Shown here: positions 11,558 to 26,010 of the stretch, one piece after another
Layout: the number at the start of each line of letters is the position of its first letter
Position numbering within the stretch: the stretch's first letter is position 1
Assembly: GCA_977017645.1 (NCBI GenBank)
Contig: OZ360238.1
Span: forward strand, 26,784,001-26,848,000
Direction of reading: 5' to 3'
From: Torpedo marmorata
Lineage: Eukaryota
DNA length: 64,000 nt
The notes under the pieces: generated by a model
Database searches by the model: none
What the model was told of the DNA's origin: nothing
Seen by the model: the letters and a program-made list of their open reading frames with translations, nothing else
Translations under genes and position numbers: made by a program

Positions 11558-12194
11558 GGTGACAAAGTGCCCTGTCGGGAACAATACAGACGAGGAAATG
11601 GTGCATGTCCAGCCACTCTGAACAAGGTTGTCATTTCAGGAATGAAAATTCTTCATCGTCACTGAGGCTTTCTAAGACAGAGAGAACTTAATCAAAAACA
11701 TTTTGTACAATTAGGTTTAGAAAAAAGCTCTCCTTGATTCTGGAAAGGGCTCAAAATAATGTTGTCTAATTAAGTGTATTAACTTGAGATATAAGATACA
11801 CAGAGCCAATGTGCACACAACATTCTCTTAGAAAAAGCAATTAAAATTATCTGGTCATCTCTTTAAGGCATTGGTTGTGGGTGATACGTATTGTCTGCTA
11901 TCTCAGGGTATCTTAAATAAAACATGAAAGGCAGGAAATACTCAGAAGGTCAGGCAGCAACTTTGCAGAGAAAATTTGTGTTACTATTTCAATGCAATGA
12001 TATTTCACTAGTACTGATGAGAGGTCACTTATCTAAAACGCCAATTCTGTTTCTCTTGCTTTCAATACAAGGGACAATACCTCTTCATTTTTCAGAAGTG
12101 CCCCTGCTGGCTCCTCTACCCCATCCCCAGCACCTAGAGAGGGTGTATGTTGTCTTGGTTCGATGCTTCATCCAAAAGATACATCTCCAATAGC

Positions 12195-13460
12195 ATCAAA
12201 GTCGTAAAGCACGGAACAGACCCTTCAGCCCAACTCGTCCATGCTAACCAAGATGGCCTTCTACGCTCGTCCCATTTGATCTACAGTCACGCGCCGCTTA
12301 ACGTCCATGATACGTTCTGTGAAATAGGATGTTATGCGATTTGGACGTTCTGCGAACACCATATTATATACTTAGCAAAGCTACAACACTCAAGAGACGC
12401 GCGATACACGAGATTCGATGCTGCTGTCTACGAGTCGATGCATACACTGTTATACGGTAAACTTTTTATTTGTAAGTAGGGAAAGTTCACATTAAAATAA
12501 CGATAGAAAGTACAGTACATACATAAGCCAGTAACATAGGTGTTTATTATGACTATCAAGGCATATGTATTATAGGTTATATATGTACTGTACCATTATA
12601 CGCCCGGCAGCGCAATCATTTTGTATACTAGAGACATGAGATACACGTGTTGCCTGCGGGAAGCTGTTGCGTTTGCTACATCTGGTTACATCCGCTACAT
12701 CCCATTCTCTGATCGGGATTTGTGAACTCTATTATAACCTTATGGGACCACGGACGTATATGAGGTCGGACGTTGCCCGAACGGACATTATGTGGCGCAT
12801 GACTGTATATCCTTCTTAGCACTCCCTAACCACATATCCGTCCAAATGTCTTTAACATCAAAATTACTCGCACTTCTACACTTTCCTCAGTCCAGAATCG
12901 CCAACCCTGGGAAAATGATAGTGAGCATTCACTTTATCCATGCCTCTCATGATTTTAGAAAGATCTAAAGTCACCCCTCAGCCTCCTAGTGTCCAGGAAA
13001 TAAAGACCCAGTCTATCTAACCACTTCTAACTCAAGCTAGATATCCTGGTTTAACTCCTCTGAACCCCTCACAACGTATTGATGTCCATCCTGTCTGTGG
13101 GCAACCAGTGCACACAGTATTCTGTGTGGTCTCACCAACGCCTTGTCCACCTGAATCATGAGGTCCACGCCCTTCATGATTTTATAAACCTTTATAAAGT
13201 CACCCCTTCGCCTGCTACATTCCAGGGGAATAACGATCCTGCCTATCTAACCTCTCTCTATAACTCAATTTATACCCAATACCCCACCCAAAGACGACAA
13301 GAATGTCCAAAGATCGCCATCTCGTCCACCTGAGTCACCACTTTCAAGGAACAGGCATCTGTTCCCTAGGTCTCCATTCTACAACACTCTCTTAGGCCCT
13401 GCCATTCACTAAGTCTCTGATTTGGCTGAGCAAATTTCAACACCTCACACTTATCAATGT
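12195..13460 (-). mobile_element. Degraded CR1 3' fragments, interrupted by a Tigger
   Basis: CR1 tail gcacggaacagacccttcagccca and degenerate ORF2 3' sequence. Confidence 0.7.
12284..12805. mobile_element. Non-autonomous pogo/Tigger element (Tigger3/MER7-like ends)
   Basis: TIR cagtcacgcgccgcttaacgtcc / ggacattatgtggcgcatgactg, flanked by TA on both sides. Confidence 0.9.
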
Positions 13461-13659
13461 ACATATCTTTGACGGCACTCCTTCAGTACTGCAGAAGCCT
13501 GGATCATGTGCCAAAATCTCCAATACAGAAGTAAAAGTTCTACCACTGAGTCATGACCAGCAAATAATTTAACATCACTTACACTGATTTTTAAAACACC
13601 AGGAAAGATGTGTTTCTGCAAGAGAGCAGATCAAACTTGAGTTTTAAGGACTGAAGTTT

Positions 13660-13890
13660 TTTTAAATGTAAATTTTATTTACAGCACAGTAGAAGCAGAT
13701 TCCGGCCACCCAATTACACACAAATTAATCTACAACCTTTTGGAGGGCAGGAGAATATCGAAGCACCCGGAGGGAACCCACACAGACACGGGGAGAACAT
13801 ACAAACTCCTTACAGACAGCAGCGGATTCAAACCTGGGTCGCCGGCGCTGTAATAGCATCGTACTAGCTGCTATGCAAACCGTGCCGCCC
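13660..13890 (-). mobile_element. HE1-like V-SINE
   Basis: Similar to 4150-4400. Confidence 0.85.
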
Positions 13891-14819
13891 TGTTCTCTCT
13901 TAATGATGACTGCATTAACTAAAATTACATGCCTTTATTCTAAATCTTTCTACTCACTTTGAATGATTCACAACGCTCCATTTTTAAAAAAAGGGATAAG
14001 TGCATGTTACCCGAGAGGGAAGTATAAACATGATTAATTTAATATGCCTTGATTTGAAGCTTATATTTTCTTAGATTCACATCCAAGTGAAATCTTCAGT
14101 TATGAAGTTACTGGAGTCAGAAACAAATAAAAGCAGCAGTGAAAGGATTTACAATAATAAAAAATAATGATCTTTTAGCTGCAGGCACAGTGCACAACGT
14201 AAAGAATTGTGTTTCAACTGGTTTCTCACATCAGCAAATTGTACGGAGAGTGGGAAAGGCTCCAGAGCCTTGACATGGGAGAGGGAGCAGGATAAGAAAT
14301 CAAATCTGACAGTGCAGAAAACACTCGGAATGTGACAAGACTAGAAAATGTCATGGGTGGAAATGTCACTTAAAATATTAGAAATACTTGGTAGACTATG
14401 AAAAAGAAACAGGAAAAAAACCCAAATATATCAAGTCTCTCAGAAATGGCTCAAAGCCATTCATTTACACAAATTAGCTTGAAGTTAAATAATTGTTGCC
14501 ATTTGGGAAAATATTCAATCAAATGAATTCTGCCATTGGGCACAATTGTATGGACTGATGTGAAAAAACGCACATTGACGAATGTAGCCTTATTTTTTTC
14601 CACTGGCTATTTGACCACAGAGTTTTCCCCCCTGGTAGTTATAAGAAAATAAAGCAAAGCTGGTTGTATCTGATTACAATCCTGACCCTGGTCCAAAGGG
14701 CCCAGTTGGTTTCTTCCCAGGCATCAGATTTACCATTGAGAGATCAATAAAAAAAAAATCTGTTGATCAGCACATAATTTTGATGGAAAGTTATTAGGTG
14801 TCCTTTAACCACATAAATG

Positions 14820-15640
14820 CAAATAGAACATGGAACATTCCATCGCAGTACACGCTCTGCAGCCCACAATGTTGTGCCAACCTATGCAAACCTACTCCAC
14901 AAGACTCTAAACCTTCCCTACCTCACACCCACAACCCTCTATTTTTCTTACATCCATGTGCCTTCCTAAGAATCTTTTGAATGTTCCTATTGTATCAGCC
15001 TTCACCACCACTCCCGGCAATACATTCCAGGCACCCACCACGCTCTGTGTAAAAAAAACATATCTTTGACGTCTCCCCTAAACTTCCCTCTACTCAACTT
15101 AAACAGATCTCCTCTGGTATTTGCTATTGTTGCCCTGGGAAAAAGGTGCTGTTTGCCCACCCTATCTATGCCCTCATAATGTTATATACCTCTATTAACT
15201 CACCTCTCAACCTCTGTCGCTCCAAAGAGAAAAGCCCTAGCTCGGTCAACCTTGCTTCAAAAGACATGTTCTCCAATCCAGCCAACATCCTGGAAAATCT
15301 CCTCTGCACCCTCTCCAAAGCATCTACATCCTTCTTGTAGTGAGGCGACCAGAACTGAATGCAATACTCCAAGGGTGGTCTCACCAGAGTTTTATAGAGC
15401 TGCAATATTACCTCATGGCTCTTGAACTCAATCCCCTGATTTATGAAGGCCAGCATACCATACGCCTCTTAACCACCCTATCAACTTGCGTGGCAACCTT
15501 GAGGAATCTATGGACTTGCACCCCAAGATCCCCTGTTCCTCCATACGGTTAAGTATCCTACCATTAACCACATACTCCTCTTTCAAGTTTGACCTTCCAA
15601 AGTGCATCACTTCACACTTAGCTGGATTGAACTCCATAGA
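14820..15640 (-). mobile_element. CR1 LINE 3' fragment
   Basis: MEFNPAKCEVMHFG; LYKTLVRPPLEYCIQFWSPHYKKD. Confidence 0.92.
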
Positions 15641-15679
15641 AGATTTAAAAAATACATATTAGAATATATTAGTTCAGAA

Positions 15680-16795
15680 GGTAATGACACTAGGTATCCA
15701 TGGAGAGGTTGTAAACTGGATTCGAAATTGGCTGTGTGGGAGAAAACAAAGAGTGGTAGCGGATGGTTGCTTCTCAGACTGGAGGCCTGTGATTAGTGGT
15801 GTACCTCAAGGATCTGTGTTGGGATCATTGTTGTTTGTTGTCTATATCAATGATCTGGATGATAATGTGGTAAATTGGATCAGCAAGTTTGCTGATGACA
15901 CAAAGATAGGAGGCATTGTGGACAGCGAGGAAGATCTTCAAAGCTTGCAGAGGGATCTGGACCAACTGGGAAAATGGGCCAAAAAAATGGCAGATGGAGT
16001 TTAACGCAGACAAGTGTGAGGTGTTGCATTTTGGATGGGCAAACCAAGGTAGGACATACACAGTAAATGGTAGGGCACTGAGGAGCAAAGAGATCTGGGA
16101 ATACAGATACATTGTTCCCTGAAGGTGGCGTCGCAGGTGGACAGGGTTGTAAAGAAAGCTTTTGGCATCTTAGCCTTTATAAATCAAAGTATTGAGTATA
16201 GGAGTTGGGATGTTATGTTGAAGTTGTTTAAGACATTGGTGAGGCCAAATTTGGAATATTGTGTGCAGTTCTGGTCGCCTAACTACAGGAAGGATATCAA
16301 TAAGTTTGAAAGAGTGCAGAGAAGATTTACTAGGATGTTGCTGGGTCTTCAGGAGTTGAGTTACAGGGAAAGATTAAACAGGTTAGGACTTTTTTCCTTG
16401 GAGTGAAGAAGAATGAGGGGAGATTTGATAGAGGTTTACAAGATTATGAGAGGTATAGACAGAGTGGATGCGAGTAGGCTTTTTCCACTTAGATTGGGGG
16501 AGATAAATACGAGAGGTCATAGTTTTAAGCTGAAAGAGGAAAGGTTTAGGGGAAATATTAGGGGAAAGTTCTTCACTCAGAGAGTGGTGGGAGTGTGGAA
16601 TGAGCTGCCATCTGATGTGGTGAATGCGGGCTCGATCTTAAGTTTTAAGAATAAATTGGATAGATACATGGATGGGAGAGGTCTGGAGGATTATGGAATG
16701 GGAGGTGGTCAATGGGACTAGCGGAATAATGGTCGGCACAGACTAGAAGGGCCAAATGGCCTGTTTTCTGTACTGTAGCGTTCTATGGTTCTATT
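15680..16795 (+). mobile_element. CR1 LINE 3' fragment (RT C-terminal part to tail)
   Basis: SGVPQGSVLG, YINDLD, KFADDTK, LEYCVQFWSP; frameshifts and stops; (ttctatgg) tail. Confidence 0.95.
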
Positions 16796-17469
16796 CACTT
16801 TATGGAAACAGTATATTATCAACAAGGTAGAGATCTTTGTTTGTAAAGAAATAGAGAATAATTAGATCACATGAGAAACATCTGCCATGAAGTACAATAG
16901 CACAACACATTGATGATCACACAAGTAAAGCTTTAAACCCACAAAGCAGGGCAAATCCCATTTATGCTTTTCCAGAGCATTGATTCACTATTCCTCAGGC
17001 ACGAGTCTAAGCAAAAGAAAGGCCAATTGTATCCTCATTTTCAGTCCATAGCTGCATTTGACCAGCAGTAACATTTGAGTGGCTATCCTCAGGAGGCATT
17101 CTGAGAGAATATTTCCTTCCGTTGGCCCCAGGGCAATGAGATTACACATGGAGCCTCCACTGCACATTTACTAAGCTAACTCAACAAAGAACTTGGACCA
17201 AAGGTGATTCAGGCGACATCCCACATTGCAACATCTAGTGTACTGAAAAATGGAACAATTGAGAGAAAAGAAGTAAGTGTACTCATAAAGAACTCTTTGA
17301 TTCACAGCAGCAAAGTCCAACTTATCTCCTTCTACGTACTTCGCCCACACAGTTTTGCATTATCCAACGTTGTAAATATTCCTTTTACTCGGTACATCAT
17401 TTGCAATATCCTTTGGCCATTTCCAAAATCTACATTCATTGAACAATACATGAGGGAGGATGAAGATCA

Positions 17470-18025
17470 TCTAGAACATAGAACAATACAGCACAGTACA
17501 GGCCCTTCGGCCCACCACGTTGTGCCGACCTGTATAAACCTAATCAACAACTTTCTTAAACCTTCCCTACCTCACTCCCATAATCCTTTATTTTTCTTGC
17601 ATCCATGTGCTTGTCCAAGATTTTTTTTTTAAATGTCCCTATTGTACCAGCCTCCATCACCACTGCTGGCAAAGCATTCCAGGCAGCACCCACAACTCTC
17701 TGTGTGTGTTAAAAAAAAAAAAAAAAAAAAGACTTACCCAATGTCTTCCCTAAACTTTCCTCCCCTCATTTGTACAGATGTCCTCTGGCATTTGCTACTC
17801 TCACGCTGGGAAAAAGGTGCTGGCTGTCTATCTTATCTATGCCTCTCATAATCTTGTAGACCTCTATTAATTCACCTCTCATCCTTCTTCGCTCCAAAGA
17901 GTAAAACCCTAGCTCTGTTAACCTTGCCTCATAAGACACATTCTCCAATCCAGGCAACATCCTGGGAAATCTCCTCTGCACCTTCTCCATAGCTTCCACA
18001 TCCTTCCTATAATGAGGTGACCAGA
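17470..18025 (-). mobile_element. CR1 LINE 3' fragment
   Basis: EKVQRRFPRMLPGLENVSYEARL; same subfamily as 14820-15640. Confidence 0.9.
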
Positions 18026-18087
18026 AAACTTATTTCTCCACAAGGCAGATTTTAAAACAAACATCTCCCAAGTTACATTGAAGGGAT

Positions 18088-18305
18088 AAATCTCAAGTTC
18101 AAGTTCATTATCATCCGACTGCACAAGTGCAACCCAACAAAACAGAGTTCTCCGGTCCTCGGTGTAAAACATGCAGACACACAACCAGACATAACACATG
18201 TACAGAGAAACGATACATATGCACAGTACGTATATACATATACAACAATAAATAAATATTGTTTAATAAATCGTAGAGTCTCGGAAGGTTTGTATGAGCA
18301 GTTCA
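18088..18305 (-). mobile_element. Rex1-type 3'UTR/tail (second subfamily)
   Basis: Reverse complement of 22060-22245 (gaggaccggagaac..gatgataa..aacttgaact). Confidence 0.8.
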
Positions 18306-18339
18306 TACAAACATACAAATCGATTTGCCCCAAGCTTCT

Positions 18340-20270
18340 TGATTATTATGAGAGATGCATCATCTAGAGAGGTGGAGAATATTTCATTATGTTCCTCACC
18401 TGTTTTGCAGGGGGTGGAAGGCGAGTTATTTACTACCGACTATCCAGCATCTGTCCTGCTTATATGGCTACAATATTGATAAGGCTATTCCAATTAGGTT
18501 TCTGATCAATGGTTAATCACCAGGCAATTTATGTTGGGAGATTTGGAAATGGCACTCAATTTAGATTCTCAGTGGAGATGATCATTCTATGGTGCTTCTT
18601 GTTTGTCAACCCATGTCTGAATGTTGTCCAAGTGTAGCTGAAAGCAGACATGGAGAGCTTCAATACCTGATATGTTGAATTGGAATTAAACATGGTGCAA
18701 TCACCAGTGAAAATCCTCACTCCTGATGTAAGGAAGGAAGGCTCGTCACTAATAAGTAGCTGAACATGGTCATCTCTGGGAAACTGCCCTGTGACACTTC
18801 TATAGTGGTGCACTGGGACGAATATGATTGACTTCCAGCAGCACGCAATTCATCTTCTGGTCAGTGGTTACCACCACCTCATTCGAGGAATAAATCCAGT
18901 AAAAAAATGTTCCAAATGCAGAAAGAAAAATACATCCTGCCTTGAAATAAATACGAGACCAAAACTGTACTCAGTTCTCCTGTTGTCTATGAACCGTGTG
19001 GCAGATCTGATTTGATCCAATAGCTGCTGCATCATTACACGGATGATAACATGTGACTCTGTTATTCTGCGTACATTTGGTCCAGTGCTGTAGATTCACC
19101 AAGGTGGCACCCCATTTTTGGCTTCTCCTGGTAATGCTCTTGACATAATCTCCAACACTGTTCATTGGACAGTTTTGGCTGTCTGACTGAACAGCAATGA
19201 CAGAGTGAGTGATACTCTGGGCCACAAGGTTGCAGATTGTGCCAGAACACAACTCTCCTGTGGCTGCTACAATTGCTGATGGTTTACAGGGCCTCAATGT
19301 ATTCTATTTTCTTTTGCTTTGACATATTTGTTCTAAATCTAACCCTTTTTGCTGAGTAATAGTCTTAATCTACCAGGGTGTAGTCAGTGTGAAGAGACAT
19401 CCTCAAAGGCCATTGTGGTGGTAATTCTACTAATGCACCCTTCAACAAATACCTCTGCAGAACATATAATGACATATGATGGCAAATAAGATTCTTCCCA
19501 ATTTTGATCACCTTACCAATTCTGTTCTTCAGGACCAGGCAGTTCGATCAATGTAACTCATGTTAATGGGTAGTGTAGTTCCACAGCCAATGCCTTTGGT
19601 GTCCTCATTGGGTCTTCACCACAAAGGGTGCAGATTCAACACAGAGGGTGCAGATTCATCAGCTGAGGGAAGACAGTCAGAGGCCCACATATGGCTTCTT
19701 GACATTAGAATTTATCAGATCCAGCACCGATGCAGAGGATTCTCAGCCACTTCTTCCTGATATTTGTCACCACATCTGCATCAGCCTGTGGCTGAACTAG
19801 TCTGTGAGGTAGCTCTCTGAATTTTGGCACAGGTCCCAAATATTAGTGAAGTTGGCTTAGCAACGCTGGCTGGCTTCAAATAGTGTACTTTGTCTTTGTT
19901 GAATCCCATGGTCAAAAAGGTTTTATTCTTGTTGCAATATGTATTTTAGTTTTACTAAAACCAAGTGTCTTTCCAGTCATTTCAGAGTACCATCACAAGT
20001 CAACCACATTGCTGCCGACCTTGAATCATACACAGGGCAGACCAAATAAAGCAACAGATTTCCTTCATTAAACAAGAGAGAGAACCATATGGATATTTAC
20101 GACAATCCAGTTGCTTCATTGTCACCGTTACTGACACTATTTTTTGTTTGTTGATTAAGATAATTAACTGAACAAACTCAGCAGCTGTTTTGCTGGGTTT
20201 TGTAGTCTCACTTCCTAATTACTTTTCCTTCCTTTGCAATACTGATCCTGCATACATAACCACAACACTT
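18340..20270 (-). mobile_element. Very old degraded CR1/L2-like LINE including its 5' region
   Basis: Weak resemblance to recalled chondrichthyan LINE sequence (gcaatgtggttgact, ggattgtcgtaaa on the minus strand); no clean ORF. Confidence 0.45.
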
Positions 20271-20879
20271 TGATACATCTCACTAACAGCCAGAAACATG
20301 AATATTATTGAAAACAATGGGAGAGTAGCTAAAAAATATAATACAAATTAAAATAATAACTTGTTCTTGGAATTCTATCCTTCTTTCAAATATTGTTTGT
20401 TAATTAAAACTTCTAAATAAATCCAGTTTGGTCTACTGCTCCACATTGGTAATGTAATTCTGAATTGTCCCATGGAGCTCAGACCGCCAGTCAGAAATAA
20501 CCATACGAGCAAAGTGTGTCTGAATTCAGCAGAATATTTTCATGACGCAACAATACATTCCAAAAAACTTCACATTTTCAAAATTGACATCTTAATTTCC
20601 AAGCATTAATACTTATCCAGGAACACCTCACTTTAGTGAAATTTGAACTTGCCTACTTCATAGTGAGCAGGAATTAATGTTCCACCTAAGCATCTCTGAC
20701 TACCAAACCTTTGAATTACTTGCTGTCCAAAACCAGAGACAAACCCATTACAAAACCCATCCAGAGCACCAGTCCCTTAATAACTGGAACGATAGAACTG
20801 ACATATTACATGCGTGATCAACAGCACACAATTTCCACAGAGGTATGGCAGGCTCGAGACTTTCAATAACATGTAAACA

Positions 20880-21230
20880 TAAAATACAGCAAAAAACAGA
20901 TTGATGGAAGAACTCAGTGAGGGCGACGTTGTAGTCTCGAACTGAAAATTTGACGTACACCTTTTGCCTCCACAGATGCTGCTTGACCCACAAAGTTCTT
21001 CCACCATTTTGTTTTTAATTCCAGCATCTGCCATCACTTTCGTCTTTATTATATACCGGTAAATAAATTATGCTGTTGGAAATTGGTGACTGCAATAAAT
21101 AAAGAAAGAAATGCTGAAAATACTCAGCAGGTCTGACCACATCTTTGGAAAAGAGAGAGAGAGAGAGAGAGAAAGAAAGAGAGATGATAGATAGATATCA
21201 TGTTTCAGGCTGATGACTATTATCAGAACA
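20880..21230. mobile_element. Degenerate Penelope termini in both orientations
   Basis: cacagatgctgcttgacc..ttccagcatctg and aaatgctgaaaatactcagcaggtctg motifs. Confidence 0.6.
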
Positions 21231-21589
21231 GAGTACCGATTAATGGTAACCAACACCTGCCCTGGGAACAATTGGCACCATCAACCTGGATAAGGTAGAA
21301 GTACCTGTCCAGGTGCACCTCAGGAGATGGCAGACCACAACAGATTAAAACTTGTAGGTGGCGTGGAGCCGATAATGAAACCTTGGTATATATTTCAGGC
21401 CCCAGTGTAAAGAATGATGAAACACATCAAGATTGCTAGCTGTCTGAAAGTAAAGCTGGACGATATATATTGAACTCCATCCTTGTTCGACGGATGGGGT
21501 TTTATGCAATTCTGTTTCTAGATCTCCACCTGCTGCCTCAGTATTTGTAGAGTTTGCTATTCTTCCTCCTTCCATGCTAAGTTCCTCAG

Positions 21590-22245
21590 AGTCCACTTAA
21601 CAAGTGACCTATCCTGGACACACATCTCCTCACTTGTCAGGAAGGCGCAACAGCGACTGCACTTCCTGAGAAGACTGAAGTGGGCAAGGCTACCGGCCAC
21701 CATCATGTCAACCTTCTACAGGAGCTCTATCGAGAGCGTCCTGGCCGGCTGCATCACAGTGTGGTACGGTTGCTTTATAGCAATGGATTGGAGGTCAATC
21801 CACAGGACCATAAGAGCAGCAGAGAGGATCACTGGGGGTCAACCTCCCGCACCCCCCCCCCCCAACATTGACATGATCTACTGGAATCGTTGTTTGAAGA
21901 GGGTGTGCAAAATCGTTGAGGACTCATACCACCCTGCACATAGCATCTTTCAGCTACTCCCTTCGGGAAAGTGATACAGGAGTATCAGAGCCAGAACCAC
22001 CAGGCTGAGAAACAGCTTCTTCCCACGGGCAGTGAGAATGCTGAACAACTGAATAAACTGCTCACACTAACCCTCCGAGACTCTACTATTAAACAATATT
22101 TATTTATTTTTATAAATGTATATACATACTGCACATGTGTGTTATGTCTGGTTGTGTGTTTGCATGTTTTTGCACCGAGGACCGGAGAACGCTGTTTCGT
22201 CAGGTTGTACTTGTATAATCGGATGATGATAAACTTGAACTTTAT
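21590..22245 (+). mobile_element. Rex1/Babar LINE 3' fragment
   Basis: KAQQRLHFLRRLK, FYRSSIESVLAGCITVWYG, HPAHSIFQLLPSGK, RLRNSFFPRAVRMLN. Confidence 0.9.
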
Positions 22246-23899
22246 AACTTAATTATCCCTAAATCAATGAACTCTACATGAAAATAATCACAGACACTTC
22301 AATGCTGATTCATGACTGTTAAAATGGCAACTCCACATTTCCAACTGCTTGAGGGCAAGCCCTGAATGGTTTCTTTTTCATAAAATTTCTTGCTTGCGCT
22401 GGACAGATTCTGACAGATGTAATAACTCTGAGCAAGTGTTTGTCAGGAGTGTGCTTTTTGTTTGAATATGGCCACTGCTTTACTGGACTGGCTGTAATGT
22501 GCAGGCAATTTCATTCTCTCTTTCTCTCTGGCAAATCCAATGCAAATTGTTCAGTATAGATTTTAGATGACCTATTCCACAATATAAAACACTGGTATAA
22601 AGTGAGATAAATTACATCTGTTACTGATCACTGGAGTGTTTGATGAAATTCTATAGCTACACAGAGTATGTGAGTTTTCGCAAGAAATAAGCTGTGTTGC
22701 ATTCACATTATATATTTGCAATCACTGCTGTCTTTGCCTATACACAGCCTAATTTACTACTTCTAAAATTTCAATTAGGATGACACATTTGTAACCCCAT
22801 GGAATAAAATAGATTCTGTGTTGAGATCATTTTAACTTGTGGTTGATTCCGGATTGCTCGGACCATTAAAGTTCTGTTTAATGACTGTAAAAATAAGCAG
22901 CACATTCCTTCTTCCATTCAGAAAATAGTTACAAAAAAACCAAATTAAAACATTGTTGTAGGTCACTGTTAATAAATGAAATATCTTGGATGTATTTAAA
23001 TAGTCACCTTAGTGATGGGGGAGGGGTTTGCGGCAGTGATCGCATACAGTTACATGTTAACCAGAATATGTAATCCCATCCTTGATATTCTAAAAAACAA
23101 TTTCCATTAGCGACCCAAATATAGTTCAGTCATTTCCATTTTATTAACGGTAGGGTTTGCATTTATGCCGGTAGTGTATTGAACAGCTGAATAGCGATGA
23201 GTTGCCATTATTTTTCCTAAATTTGCAATCCATTCCAAAGTTGCACATGTTGAAGTTTGAAGGCTTTATCACGTAAAGCTGGTAGTTATTGATACACAGT
23301 GGCTAAAGGTAAAGAATTATTTTTAAATAAGGCTTGCAATGCAAAGACAGGGAAGGCGGCACGTTATGAAATATAGTATGGAAATAATAGTAGGTGCCTC
23401 ATAACAGAACAAAACCGAGGCCAGAACACTCCACGTCCAGGAAATGAACACTGTATGGTCAACGCACATGTTAGTAAACTTATTCCAACCATTTTAAGCA
23501 ATGTGGATCATTTTAATCTCCATAGAGACAACAGCCTACTTAAGCAAAATGAAATGATTAATCACTGCGTTGATAACTATGGCAGAAACCAGTGACCGCA
23601 CAGTGAAAAAATGGATGCACTTAATATCCTCCTGGGCTGTGTTATTCAGGCACACAGTCTAGTATTCATGAACATGTTGCATAGGTTCTCAAACTCACAA
23701 GCATATGTACAATCTAACAATTGTAAACACGACTATTTACATGCTGATCGTCTATTTCTATTAAATGACACTGCACAATAAAAATAGACTTTTAATCAAA
23801 ATGGATTTGGCAGTCCAACGGAGGTTTGTGTTGGGTTGAATCATTGTGAGCTCAATTATTTTAATTATTAAATGGCTGACGAAAGTAGAGAAAAATATC

Positions 23900-24085
23900 C
23901 CAAAAGTACTGCAGATGCTGAAAATCTTAAGTAAACATAAAAAATGTTGGAACAACTCAGCAAATTGGCTGCATCCACAGGGTGGAAAACAGAGTTAATG
24001 TTACAGGACAATGATTTTTCATCAGGGAACACATTATGAGCCTGAAACTTTAACGCAGTTTCTCTCCCCACATTGCTGTCTCACC
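23900..24085. mobile_element. Degenerate inverted Penelope termini
   Basis: actgcagatgctg..aaatgttggaacaactcagca followed by cctgaaactttaac..tctctccccaca. Confidence 0.6.
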
Positions 24086-25789
24086 AGTATTCCTTGAGCT
24101 ATCTCGGAACAAATTATTCCATGGGTTGGAGCTCCCCACCCATATACCCACACCGCTCCTTGAGAAGCAAAATACGTCCTCATGCTCACCTTGATTAATT
24201 ACCAAGCTTCTTGGGCAATCACTTTCTTCTTCATAACCAACAGTTTCCTCATTTAACTAAGTGAAATCTTGCAGGCTGTGCTGCGATAAAATATATTGGG
24301 TTATTCCAATGAACAACCAAACTATCCTGAAATACAGCATTGGTACAAGTTAACACAATTTTTTAAAAATTCGCTTGGAATGAATAGCCAGTAAGCACTG
24401 AAGTTCTTTTAGTACTGGAGGGGACTGACTCTTGGATTATGCAGATTCTAATAAACCTGCAATTTCAAAGAGCCCTGAGGTAGAGAAGGGATATAATTTT
24501 GTTTGTGCGAGAGAAGAAGAGAATGTACTTCTGACACTTTGGACGCATCCTTCAGAGAGTTTTTCAACCGATGGGAGTTACTCAGTTGAATGAATTCAGG
24601 TATTTGTTCTAACCCCAGATACTTAGACAAAGTCTTGTTTCACAGTGATTGTCAATGTAAATTACAACACGTCCTTGGTAAAAATGAAATTCAGCATTTC
24701 CCAAGTGTATGTGGAAGTTTCTTTGTTGAAACTGCTAATTTAACTACTTTCTCAGTAATGTCAACAGAGAAATGAAGTTAATTTCAATTGAGGATGGAAA
24801 TATCATTTTGACTTTAAAAATTCCAATGACACTGCATTTTTGCTTCAACCCAAAATATCTGGGTTCAGGTTTCTACCATCGGTCACTGGGATTAAGAGCA
24901 TAAACAGGGAGTGAGTGAAGCTAATCAGCCGCTGCAGCCTGTCCAACCACACAGCACATACATGTACACACACACGCGCACTTGTACTCATGTGCAAACA
25001 CACACACAGAATCAAACAAAGACTCATAATCTCACGGATCCTAAACTGGAGGCCATGTGCCTTTCTTGCCAATGCTTTTTGACTATAATAGCCCAAATTC
25101 ATTGCTTTCTACACCACTTATTATGATCAACTGTACTGAATCAAGCAGCTGTCGTTGCATTTCCCAGACAGACATGTTTTGCAGCTCTTAAATGGCACAG
25201 TAGTTCCTTCAGGTAGGTACAAATCTATTCCCTACATCAGCAACAGTGACAGAGGGGAAAAAAATTATTTTGGATCCCCGGGCAGACATGAAGTTTGTTA
25301 ATGTTAAATGCATGCTCTCTACTATGCACTGATGAACAACCTTCTTCCATTTACATCACTCTCCTCTACATTTGAAGAAAAACTGAATCATGCCCATTCT
25401 CCATCTAACCTTTTAATGAAAACAGCATGCAGTCAACCTCTCATTACACACGTTTGAGAACGTCAACTCCCGGTTGAAGTTATAAAGCCATTCAAGTTAT
25501 GCCAAGGGATCTCAATGCAGACAGACACACAAGTGGGATTTTAAACTGTTTTAACAATTCAGGTACAGGAATAATTCAGGCAATCCCATTTCCTGTTTGA
25601 AATAATCCAGAACAGTACAGTAAAAAGGACTTCTTTAAACCCTCCAAATGGTTAGTTACCCCTTCCAATATGACACTCTGTCCTAACTTTCATACTACAA
25701 ACATTCTGAACCATGAAATTAAAACAGTTCCAACTCATAACTTTTATTGTTTGGGATTGGGAGTAGAGGGGTTGGATATCAAGTGCTAC

Positions 25790-26010
25790 AATGTCAGAAT
25801 CATAATCAGGTTTATTATGAACATGTGTCATGAAATATGTTGTTTTGTGGCAGCAGTATTATGCAGAACGAGGAGCAAATGACTATAAATTAAAATTCTG
25901 GAAATACAAGATTTAAAAAAATAAATAATCAGTGCAAATGAGAAAAAGTGAGGTAGTGTCCATAGGTTCATTGTCCGTTCAGAAATCTGATGGCAGAGGG
26001 GAAGAAGCTT
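25790..26010 (-). mobile_element. Rex1-type 3' tail (third subfamily)
   Basis: (tcagaa)n-like tail and aatctgatggcagaggggaagaagct, like 52945-53150. Confidence 0.7.
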
